The notes under the pieces: generated by a model
The model's input: only the letters and a program-made list of their open reading frames with translations
Database searches by the model: none
What the model was told of the DNA's origin: nothing
Shown: positions 1-11,245 of the stretch, one piece after another
How positions within the stretch are numbered: the stretch's first letter is position 1
Layout of the letters: the number at the start of each line of letters is the position of its first letter
Assembly (NCBI GenBank): GCA_051362555.1
Contig: CM120641.1
Coordinates: 8,060,001-8,124,000 of the forward strand
Origin: Lingula anatina
Lineage: Eukaryota > Animalia > Brachiopoda
Length of the DNA stretch: 64,000 bases
Direction: 5' to 3'
Made by a program: the position numbers and the translations under genes

Positions 1-402
1 AAGGTCCACTAAATGCATGTGATGAAATCACTCATTTACATGTTATGTTTATACAATCAGTCAGCATATTATCATTCACCTTACTTCAGTCTTGAATGAA
101 TATTTATCATCCTCTGTAAAAGTATACCTGATAAGTAGGACTGATATAACTTAAAAGTAGAAGCCCTCAATTGTTATCTATTGCATTGCAATTAGTATTT
201 AAATGAGTTGCTGCCACTGTGGCATGCAGATAGATTCTCTGTAGATAATGTGTATAAAGGCTGAATGCTTGGACTTAATAAAGGACTTTTAGACTTGGAA
301 CTGAAGATGTGAGTCTGTGGGGTTATATTCCCTCTCCCATGCATCAGTGACAAGTGAAATATATTAGAAGAACCTGGGTAGGGTGGAACATGGACCCCTA
401 CA
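1..402 (+). repeat. 5' LTR (truncated by window edge)
   Basis: Direct repeat of 2177-2578; ends CCCTACA before the PBS. Confidence 0.92.
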
Positions 403-404
403 TA

Positions 405-1514
405 ATGGCGAGCTCGACCAGGGTCACTGCGGGGGAGGGATATAACTATGGATCCAACTTTGAAGATGAGTATGCGTACGAAGATGATGACTGGGATTCT
501 GAAAAGGACTTAAACATTAACGGCAGACTGGTAGAATGCCTGTCCAAGCTAGCAGACTTGTTACAGAGACAATATGGCAGTTTGCAGCAACAAAATAATG
601 ACATTACTGCAGAATCTGAAATGAAACAAGAAGAAGTTAAAGAAAGAAACCAAGGCAAAGTAGATGAATTATTAGAAATGGAGATGGGAACTTTGGACGA
701 GGCACAGACAACTGTTTTTGAGGATGAATGTATGAATCAGATGAAGCTTGTAAAGGACGATGATGTAGGTGAGGAAAAGGATGGGAATGAACTCTGTGAG
801 GACATAATGACTATAAACGAACAAGAGGTAGAAAAGGGAACTGATGTTGAGAAAGGGGAGAAACATGAAAGGTATGTCGAGAAAGATTATGAACAAGAGG
901 TAGGATTGAAAACTGATGATGATGATGATGATGACAACGGATTAATCGGAAGTGAGAGTAAAATGGGTGAACTGAAGTATTATGAGAAACCTGAAGTAGT
1001 TGAAAAGGCTTTAACAGATGATGTAAAGAATACGGATAAAGGACTTGATGATGATGATGACCCAAAGTATGTGGAGAAACATGATGTAGATGAAAATGCT
1101 GTAACGGATTATGTAAAGAATGCTGATGAAGGACTTAATGATGAACGGATGGAAATGGATTTTTCTAATTTCAAAAATACAGACAGAGACAAACTTACTG
1201 AAGTAGAGATGAAACAAAGTGCAGGTGAGGAGGAAGTTGAAGAGAATGAAGAACAAAGTGCAAGTGAGGAGGTACTTAAAGTTGTAGAGAATGTAGACAA
1301 ACAAGGTTCAGACACAGAAAATGTTTATGAGAATGCAAGAGAATGGACAGGTGTAAAATGGGAATTTCACAGAGACAGCAAAAAGGTGCAGAGAAAGTGT
1401 ATGGCAAAGAAACTAAAATGGACACTTCTCCCACACTGCAAATTAAGACATGATTTTTTTTTTTATATAAATATTAAGTTAAAGGATGATACATTTGTCC
1501 GAGTTGTACTGTAG
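405..1514 (+). CDS. Acidic, low-complexity D/E-rich protein of unknown function inside the LTR element (about 369 aa from the ATG overlapping the PBS)
   Basis: Uninterrupted ORF (track 354..1514); the first ATG after the LTR is at 405; internal ~30-aa repeats (KYxEK...TDxVKNxDxGLxD). Confidence 0.55.
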   Translation: MASSTRVTAGEGYNYGSNFEDEYAYEDDDWDSEKDLNINGRLVECLSKLADLLQRQYGSLQQQNNDITAESEMKQEEVKERNQGKVDELLEMEMGTLDEAQTTVFEDECMNQMKLVKDDDVGEEKDGNELCEDIMTINEQEVEKGTDVEKGEKHERYVEKDYEQEVGLKTDDDDDDDNGLIGSESKMGELKYYEKPEVVEKALTDDVKNTDKGLDDDDDPKYVEKHDVDENAVTDYVKNADEGLNDERMEMDFSNFKNTDRDKLTEVEMKQSAGEEEVEENEEQSASEEVLKVVENVDKQGSDTENVYENAREWTGVKWEFHRDSKKVQRKCMAKKLKWTLLPHCKLRHDFFFYINIKLKDDTFVRVVL

Positions 1515-2172
1515 GTTTGAAAAAAAAAGGAGATATATTGGATTTATAGATATTTACCATACGGCTCAGTAACTGATTGTCTTGTTTCAATGTTTTAAGT
1601 ATAATTGCACCAAATGTTTCATAACTTTTAAAAATATTTGAAAATAGTAAGATTTAAATGTGCTTACAGCCAAGGTTAAAACTAAATTATATAGAATAAG
1701 TGGCAATATGTTTTTTATTAATGGTAATTTCCAACATGTAAGGTAATTTCCAAGAGATATGGAAGAAAGAAAATAGTTTAATGATATATCTGATATTAAA
1801 TTGTTTAATTGATGAGATTTTAAATGTACAGTTCATTAGAAAAGCTGTTATTTAAACCATCTGTATGATAACTGGACATTTTTCTTTTTCAAAATATTTT
1901 GGGAGCATAAACATTCAAATTTAATTTCATTAGAATAATGACATGTCTTTGTACAGCAATGGAATAGACAATGAACTGAATTAATTACAATTGTTAGTTA
2001 AAGTAATGATATTTGACAGAATAATAATTTAATTTTTTTGGTAATTGAATCATGACATAGATATTTTGTACAAGTATTTAGCTGTTTAAATTTTATCTTT
2101 GAGCATTCTGTGGAATCTTTATTTCAAAAAATTATGTAACCATAATTTTTTTTTGTGGGAAAAGAAGGAATA

Positions 2173-2578
2173 TGTTAAGGTCCACTAAATGCATGTGATG
2201 AAATCACTCATTTACATGTTATGTTTATACAATCAGTCAGCATATTATCATTCACCTTACTTCAGTCTTGAATGAATATTTATCATCCTCTGTAAAAGTA
2301 TACCTGATAAGTAGGACTGATATAACTTAAAAGTAGAAGCCCTCAATTGTTATCTATTGCATTGCAATTAGTATTTAAATGAGTTGCTGCCACTGTGGCA
2401 TGCAGATAGATTCTCTGTAGATAATGTGTATAAAGGCTGAATGCTTGGACTTAATAAAGGACTTTTAGACTTGGAACTGAAGATGTGAGTCTGTGGGGTT
2501 ATATTCCCTCTCCCATGCATCAGTGACAAGTGAAATATATTAGAAGAACCTGGGTAGGGTGGAACATGGACCCCTACA
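2173..2578 (+). repeat. 3' LTR (406 bp)
   Basis: TG...CA ends, preceded by a purine tract, identical to the 5' copy. Confidence 0.92.
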
Positions 2579-3931
2579 CATACGTATGGAACCCACCCCT
2601 CCAAAAAGGGACACCATCACCAGTCTTGTGCTTGACAAGCTCTATAAAATGCAATCAACAAGAGTTCTCAAAATATGCAAAAAAATATAACTGAAAATGG
2701 TACAAACAAGCAGATTTTCAAATTGACTTGCATTTTCCTACCATTAATCACTCCTGTGATTCTCTAGACAAAAGGCCTATTGGTTTTCTTTGAAATGTGT
2801 TGTCAGTGGTGCATATATGCTGACAAAAGAGAAAACCTAAAGGCAACAACGGGCACATCTCTGCTAGTTTTGAAGATATGAGAGGCAAGAAAATATGCAA
2901 AGCTCAGTTCATGGTGAAAAGTAGGTCAAATGTCAATTTCAATATCATAGTATATGCACTTCTATTCAAGTTCAATAGTAACCATGGGCATTTCTTTGGC
3001 AATTTTGAAGATTTAAAGGCCAGAAAAGATGCAAAAAGCACTTCATCATAAAAAGTAGATCAAAAGTCAATTTCAAGGTCACAGATTGCCAGTGTATTAC
3101 TTCCTATTCAAGTTCAATAGTAACTATGGACCTATCTCTGCCAATTTTGGAGATAAAAGGGAACGGAAATTTGCAAAGTTCAGTTCATGGTAAAAAGTAG
3201 GTCAACAGTCAATTTTAAGGTCACAGTAAATTGCCAGTATATGACTTCCTACTCAAGTTCAATAGTAACTATGGACCTATCTCTGCCAGTTTTGGAGATA
3301 AAAGGGAACAAAAATTTGCAAAGTTCAGTTCATGGTGAAACGTAGATAAAAGGTCAATTTCAAGGTCACACTAAGATTGCCAGTATATGACTTCCTATTC
3401 AAGTTCAATAGTAACTATGGAACTATCTCTGCCAGTTTTGGAGATAAAAGGGAACGAAAATTTGCAAAGTTCAGTTCATGGTGAAAAGTAGATCAAAGGT
3501 CAATTTCAAGGTCACTGTTAAATTGCCAGTATGTGACTTCCTATTCAACCTTAATAGTAACTATGGACCTATCAGAGCCAGTTTTGGAGATATAAGGGAC
3601 TAAATGTTACAATTTTGGAGTTACAAAAATGTGCCATAAATTTCCTACAGAAAAAATTAATTAAAATAAAGAAAAGGTCATTTTGGTTGAAATTCTTGAA
3701 ATGGGAGGTGCTCAGAAGTTTCAGATGTTCAAATTTCATGAAATAATGTCATTTTGGTCCGAATTTTACATGGAATGAGTTGAGATTATAGGTAACCTAA
3801 ATCCAAGAGATGGGTACGCAGGCCCTTGTAGTCTAGGAGGAGAAGCGGTAACGGTGACATGGCGGCGGAGCCTGCAGAACATAGGGGTCGGGACTAAAAC
3901 CATGTGTACTGCCAGCGCCTACGCTGGTGCA
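2579..3931 (-). mobile_element. HINE/Helitron-like family A copy, interrupted by the LTR element
   Basis: Sequence after the LTR resumes family A just inside its CTAG end; about 4-5 146-bp monomers; degenerate hairpin end GTACTGCCAGCG-CCTA-CGCTGGTG near 3907-3930. Confidence 0.75.
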
Positions 3932-4623
3932 TTAAAGTTCAATGGTAACTGTGGGTACACTTCTACTAGATAAGAATTTGAAGTAAAGGCCTTAAAACGT
4001 GTGAAATGACGACCAGTTCGCACATCTACCATGGTGTGGAACCTCTCAAATTTTTATCATACCTCTTATCTCCTCAACTTGCATACTCCTGCAAAGCCAA
4101 CCAGTTTTCCCATGGACAGAGCCATGATTAAGGTAATATCCATCTCGTGTCCAGTTAGGTCACTTTTAAATTACACTGATTATACAGGTAAAATGGATAC
4201 TCAGAAAATATATCTAGCAAAGGGATTGAGGCCCATGTGGTTTTCAACCTTTAGTTGAACTAAGTCCCGTGACTCATTTTCTGTAAGTTTCCACTTATCT
4301 TGTCATCTCTGAAAGCGCACTGTGACAACAATGCTGCCAATGACGATGACGGCTAAAACAGATATGGGTGATGTCTGTATCATGTATATTAAAATGTACC
4401 ACAGGAAAATATTGCACAAAAAAAGTAAAAAAAAAAAACATTAATGACTGCCACAGTTTTTAAACTTACCACTCTGCCATCTTCCAGAGTTACTGTTTCA
4501 CCCTGGCATAATGTCTTCAATACAGCGCTAGATGTCCTATACAAAAAGAACATTTCATGAAAACATAGTGCTATTGCAAGTATCAAAATACATCAGATCA
4601 TAAATTCAAAAGATTATTTTAAA

Positions 4624-6693
4624 CTAGAGGATCAGAGAGGCGATACGGCCTCCAGATACCACCAGCTGGAGTAAGCGCATTTAAATGGAAAACAAAAAAA
4701 GGGACACCACCACCAGTCTTATGCTTGATAAGCTATATAAAACTAGAGGATCAGAGAGGCGATACCGCCTCCAGATATTGTACCACCAGCTGGAGTAAGC
4801 ACATTTGTATGGTCCCCCCCAAAAAAATAAAGGACATCACCACCAGTCTTGTGCTTGACAAGCTCTATAAAATGCAATAAACAAAAGTTCTCAAAATATG
4901 CAAAAAAAAAAAAAAAAAAAAAAAAAACTGTTAAAATGGTCCAATCAAGCAGATGTTCAAATTGACTTGTATTTTCCTAACATTAATCACTCCTGTGATT
5001 TGCTAGACAATAGGCCTATTGGTTTTCCTTGAATTGCGTTATCAGTGTTGCATATATGCTGACAAAGGAGAAAACCTAGGGACAACACTGCTCAGATCTC
5101 TGCTAGTTTTGAAGATATGAGGGGCAAAAAGTAGGTCAAAGGTCAATTTCAAGGTCACAGTATATGACTTCCTATACAAGTTCAACAGTAACTAAGGGCG
5201 TTCCTTTGCCAATTTTGGAGATATGAAGGCCAGGAAACATGCAAAGTGCAGTTCATCATAAAGAGTAAGTCAAAGGTCAATTTCAAGGTCATAGTAAGAT
5301 TACCAGTATGTGACTTCCTATTCAAGTTCAAAAGTAACTTTGCCATTTTTCAAGATATAAGGGACAAAAAATTTGCAAAGTTCAGTTCATGGTGAAAAGT
5401 AGGTCAAAGGCCAATTTCAAGGTCACAATGAGATTGCCAGTATATGACTTCCTGTTCAAGTTCAACAGTAACTATGGGCTTATCTCTGCCAGTTTTGGAG
5501 ATATAAAGATCAGAAAACTTGCAAAGTGCAGTTCATCATGAAAAGTAAGTCAAAGGTCAATTTCAAGGTCATAGTAAGATTGCCAGTATGTGACTTCCTA
5601 TTCAAGGTCAATAGTAACTTTGCCAGTTTTCAAGATATGAGGGACAGAAAATTTGCAAAGTTCAGTTCATGGGGAAAGGTAGGTCAAAGGTCAATTTCAA
5701 GGTCACAATGAGATTGCCAGTATATGACTTCCTATTCAAGTTCAACAGTAATTATGGGCTTATCTCTGCCAGTTTTGGAGATATAAAGATCAGAAAACTT
5801 GCAAAGTGCAGTTCATCATGAAAAGTAGGTCAAAGGTCAATTTCAAGGTCACAGTTAGATTACCAGTATATGACTTCCTATTTAAGTTCAATAGTACATA
5901 TGGAGTATTTTGGAGTATTTCACATTTTATTTTCACCACTGAATATCAGATGTTGAACTTTTTGATATAGTGCAATGCCTAAGCCATATTGAAAACAAAA
6001 AAACGGATACCACCTCAGTGTTGCACTTGACAAGCTCTACAAAATGCAAAAAACAAGAGGTCTCTAGCATTAACAGATCCAAAATTAGAGAGAGTTTTCA
6101 GTTTCAGCATCTAATGTCTGCTACTCCCGTGAAAATGCACCAATTGACCCCAAACTCACGAAGATGAAAGATGACCCTAAGGGTAACACCTGTCCATAAT
6201 ATTATAGATTAGATCTGCACAGTTTCTGAAAAAAAGCAGAAATAAATTTTTTTTGCAAAAATTTCCCAATTTTTAGAAAAGTTTGGCCCATTTGACCTTG
6301 AAATAAAGTTCAAAGGTCAAATCCAAGGGCGTGTTTGAAATCTCCACAAATGATTTTCGGTCAGTCATCTATAGAAAATTTTCCAATAATTCCTTCGGTT
6401 TGGGAGATATTTAGCATTGAATATCCAAAAATTTTGACAAGGGTGCGTTTCAACAAGCGTCACGCCCAGGCCAATGCACCGACAGAGACAAAAAAACCAG
6501 GGGGTTCAAGGTGAGGTTATATGTGACCTAAATCCAAGAGATGGGGACACAGGTCCTTGCAGTCTAGGAGGAGAAGCGGTAACGGTGACTTGTTTCCGGC
6601 GCCTTACTGCGGAGCCGCAGGAGCCAGCGGAGCTATATGAGACGGGTCGGGACTAAAACCATGAGTACCGCCAGCATACACACTGGTGGTACT
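4624..6693 (-). mobile_element. HINE/Helitron-like family A copy with a tandemly duplicated terminal 119 bp
   Basis: CTAGAGGATCAGAGAGGCGATAC.. at both 4624 and 4743; central array with a 280-bp higher-order period; hairpin/subTIR end at about 6665-6693. Confidence 0.8.
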
Positions 6694-6740
6694 AATAAAA
6701 TATACAAGAGTTCTCAAAATGTGCAAAAAAAAAATATAAA

Positions 6741-9700
6741 CAAGGCAGCAAAGCTGTCAAATGTACAGACAAAAAACAGGAAATAACTAGATTGAATCTG
6801 ACAAACTGCAATGATATGAGTTTATTTCCATTTTTGAAACTTTATTACACAATACACGATAACAAGTTTACCATCATTTTTACATAATCAACTAATAATG
6901 TTGTAAAGATGCAGGAAATGCCAAACAAACACTTTTATGTATCTTATTAATTAAATAATGAAACTGTTAACATGCCTAAGAAATGAATCTGAGGAAATGT
7001 GAAAAAACGGCATTTCTTTAAAATAATGGCCCGATTAAGCTGATTTTTGAACTCAACCTGCGTTTTAGCAGGAATGACCACTCCTGTGAGTTTCATGACA
7101 ATTGGCGTATCTGTTTTTCTTATATTGTATTTACTGTGTTGCATATATGCTGAAAAGTGAAGAAAAAAGCATAACTAATAAAATAATAATAAAACAGTGG
7201 CCTGATCATGCCGATTTTCGAACCTGACCTGCGTTATAATAAGATCGATTACTCCTGTGAGTTTCATGACAACAGGCCTATCAGTTTTCCTTGAAATGTG
7301 TTTTCAGTGTTGCATATATGCTGAAAAGTTAAAAAAAAAACAGCATAACTTCCCTTAAAATGGCCCGATCATGCTGATTTTCGAACTTGACCTGCGTTTT
7401 ATGAATATTCATCAGCTCTGTAAATATACAGCCAAAAAGTAAAACTGCCTTCCACTTATCATGTTTACAATGAAAGTGCACGGCACCAGCGCCGGCGACA
7501 GTGACGGCGACGACGGCAGATACAGGTGATGGCAATATGTACAGACACATCTGTACATATTTACTGTACTGTTTGAGAACAGTAAGTGACATTGTTTTTC
7601 TTAAATGGTCATCATGGGAGCAGTGCCCAAAATAGGTTTTTTCAAATTTTGATGCAATATTACATAATGTTTAACAGCATAATGACCATCAATTTTAATA
7701 ATAAAATATTAGTATCATGGATATTCAGAAAATGTGACTAGCAAAGGTCTTCAGGCCCATGGAACTTCAAAGTCACAACTTGAAAATGCCAAAATGTAAA
7801 AAAGACAGCACTGTTCTGAAATGTTTTTTTTCCATTTTTAACAATTTTTTTAACATAAAACAAAATTAACAGGTTACTGCCATCTTTATATGATCAACTA
7901 AGAAAATTGATGAGATGGGGAAAATATAAATACAACAGTGTTAAATGTCCAATTTCCTCCATTCTGAGATTCTAAACATAGTGAATGATTGCATCTGACA
8001 AACTGCAATGATATGAGTTTATTTCCATTTTTGAAACTTTATTACACCATACATGATAACAAGTTTACCATCAGTTTTACATAATCAACTAATAATGTTG
8101 TAAAGATACAGGAAATGTCAACCAAACACTTTAACATGTCTTATTAGTTAACCCCATAGCGCCGGGAACCGCACATATGCGGTTCATTTTAAAAAGTCCT
8201 CAGTGCCGGGAACCGCATATACGCGGTTTCTGTGTTTACATGCTTGTACTGTCCTCTGTCATTTGTAACAATTCATGCTTCTATCACAAGAATAACTCAA
8301 TGTTAGTTTTTTGTTTACTACCGGCTTTTAAAAGACGTGTAGCAAGAATTAGATAATGAAAAAGCGATTTATTTCAACCATTGTCGAGGCGCTAAGAAGT
8401 CAAAATGGCGACGAGAAGTCCGCAGAAATTATGGTTTGAGAAATGTTCTAGTCTTGTTAGAAATTCAGACTTCGGGAAAGTGTCCTTGATAGATTTTGAT
8501 ACTCCGATAACTTCAAAGATTATGTACCTTTGGCTAGTATGAGTTGTCAGAGAGCAGATTCGGACGTGGGGCTTGATTTATGAAAAACGCTGATGATAAT
8601 AACGGCAGTAACCAAGCAGACGACAATAGTAATTGGAAGGGCTATATTGCTGATAAAATGACTGTAAACGTTCCGTGGCAAGTCAGGCTAAATGTTGCCT
8701 TGTGTGCTGTATCAACATGTCTTTTCCTGCTTGTGCATAAATACAAATGTAATATGTTACGTTGTACTGCATCAACATGTCTTTTCCTGCTTATGTATAA
8801 GTACAAATGACATATGTTTACTTGTGAGCTGCATCTACGTATGGCTTTTCCTGCTTGAGTATAAATACAGATGTAATATGTTTACTAGTGCGCTGTATCA
8901 ACATGTCTTTTCCTGCTTGTGTATTAGTACAAATTCCACGTTTGCTTGTATTTTTATGATGCAATTTTTATTCACGAAAGTGTAATATTTGCTCATGATA
9001 TTGTTTGTATTCTTGTATACATGTATGATTTGAGTGCAAAACAAAATTTTATGAGTATCCTGGTTCAGTTGATTAAAAAACTATAGAAGAACTATTAAAA
9101 AAGGCACTTAATTTACAATCTATTTGTAATTATAAACGTAATTAGGTGGAAGTCTTCCAGTCAGCTAGCCCGCCAGTATATTGTGCAACTAGCTGACGTG
9201 ATGAAGGTTTTTAGGTACAGCACGCATCCCAGGAAATTCATTATAACTCAAAAACTAAATAAGATATCTTTCTGAAATTTTCTGACATTATTTAAAATAT
9301 ATTTCGAATGTTTCTGAGTAAATTTCAACAAATTGTTTGGTAAAGTGAAAAAGAATGTGTATGCTGAAATTAAAGTTTTGTTTTTTACTTCTCTTCGAGA
9401 AAAGCAAGTCTCATATTTAAACTCCTGCTATTTCTACCTAAGTTAACAAATATGAATAAAACTGTTATGACTTTAAAGCTTACATTGTTGGCTTTCTAAA
9501 AATGTACAGTTCTTAGGTGTTTTCTAGACAAGTGTATACATTATCATTGCTTAAATGAGGCCGCCTGTAAAATTGAGTGCGTCCGTGTAGAGGGCTCAGG
9601 ACCAAGGGCACTTTCTAGGTCAGATGCTGTCAGGCGCTATGGGGTTAAATAATGAGACTGTTAACATGCCTAAGAATTGAATCTGAGGAAATGTGAAACA

Positions 9701-10660
9701 AGACAGCACTGTTCTGACATGGGTTTATTTCCATTTTTAACACTTTTTTTAACATAAAACAAAATAAACAGTTTACTGCAATTTTTATATGATCAACTAA
9801 GAAAATTGATGAGATGGGGAAAATATCAATAGAATAGTGTTAAATGTCTAATTTCCTCCATTCTGAGATTCTGAACATAGTGAATGATTAAATCTGACAA
9901 ACTGCAATGATATGAGTTTATTTCCATTTTTGACACTTTATTACACAATACACGATAACAAGTTTACCATCATTTTTACATAATCAACTAACAATGTTGT
10001 AAAGATGCAGGAAATGTCAAACAAACACTTTTACGTATCTTATTAGTTCAATAATGAGATTGTTAACATGCCTAAGAGTTGAATCGGAGGAAATGTGAAA
10101 AAACAGCATAACTTCTAAAATAATGCCCCGATTATGCTGATTTTCGAACTCAACCTGCATTTTAATAAGATTGACCACTCCTGTGAGTTTAATGACAATT
10201 GGCCTATCTGTTTTTCTTAAATTGTGTTTACAGTGTTGCATACATGCTGAAAAATGAAAAAAAACAGCATAACTACTAAAACAGTGGCCCGATCATGCTG
10301 ATTTTCGAACTTGACCTGTGTTTTTATAAGACTGATTACTCCTGTGAGTTTCATGACAACAGGCCGAACGGTTTTCCTTAAAATGTGTTTACAGGGTTGC
10401 ATATATGCTGAAAAAAGTGAAAAAACAGCATAACTTCCCTTAAAATGGCCCGATCATGCTGATTTTCGAACTTGACCTGCGTTTTATGAATATTCATCAG
10501 CTCTGTAAATATTAAGCCAAAAAGTAAAACTGCCCTCCACTTATCGTGTTTACAAGGAAAGTGCACGGCGCCGGCGACGGCATCGGCATCGGCATCGGCA
10601 TCGGCGACGACAGACGCAGGTGATGGCAATATGTACAGACACATCTGTGTCTGTACATAA
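6741..10660 (-). mobile_element. HINE/DINE-1-like family B copy 1 (dimeric; contains a piggyBac insertion)
   Basis: Left end CAAGGCAGCAAAGCTGTCAA-ATGTACAGAC (hairpin + subTIR); right end is the hairpin ATGTACAGACAC-ATCT-GTGTCTGTACAT + A-run, next to a (GGCATC)n microsatellite; ~160-bp central repeats. Confidence 0.75.
8152..9644. mobile_element. Non-autonomous piggyBac-type DNA transposon
   Basis: 12-bp TIRs CCCCATAGCGCC / GGCGCTATGGGG; TTAA duplicated on both sides (8148-8151, 9645-9648); empty site visible in sister family B units (e.g. near 6945-6960). Confidence 0.9.
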
Positions 10661-11245
10661 AAACGTAATGGTAAAAATGGTCCGATCATGCGGATTTTCT
10701 AATTGACCTGATTCCTGTAATTTTCTGGACATCAGGCCTATTTGTTTTCCTTGAAATGTGTAATCCAAGGGCATATTTGGAATCAACAAATACGAGTTTC
10801 AGTCAGACTTCTATAGTAACAGCGTTTGACACTCGCACTCGCCAGCTCGCCAATGCGAGTTAAAATTAAATCTGGCGAGTGAAAATTATGGTGCAAGTCG
10901 CCATTTTGGCGATTTATGTCAACTTACTGTATTAAGTTTATCGGCAAAATTTAGACTCAATTTAAGTCCGACTCGTATGCCAAAATTTACAGGGAAGTTC
11001 ATGGGATTACCCTTACTGCTAACCTCGTTTTCACTCTCATAATCGTGATTGGTTGAAGTTGGGGAATTCCGTAATGACGTATTCACAGTCTCGCTGTCGT
11101 TTTTGAAAGCATCCAGCCTTCGTTTGCGCGCCGGATTTTGACGAAGTATAGGAAATGCTGTCTGTTTCGTTTCACTTACGTCTTGCGATTTTGCGCAGTT
11201 GACGCTTCCGGGAGAAAACGTGATGCACGTGGATCATCAAGCTGC

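Larger units (their letters stand above)
1..2578 (+). mobile_element. Non-autonomous LTR retroelement (about 2.58 kb; first 4 bp of the 5' LTR lie outside the window)
   Basis: 1-402 is identical by eye to 2177-2578. The full 3' LTR is 2173-2578 (TG...CA). A PBS-like TGGCGAGCTCGACCAGG follows the 5' LTR and resembles the complement of the tRNA-Arg(ACG) 3' end. A purine tract GGGAAAAGAAGGAA precedes 2173. The LTR contains TATAAA (253) and AATAAA (277). No gag/pol motifs internally. Confidence 0.9.
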
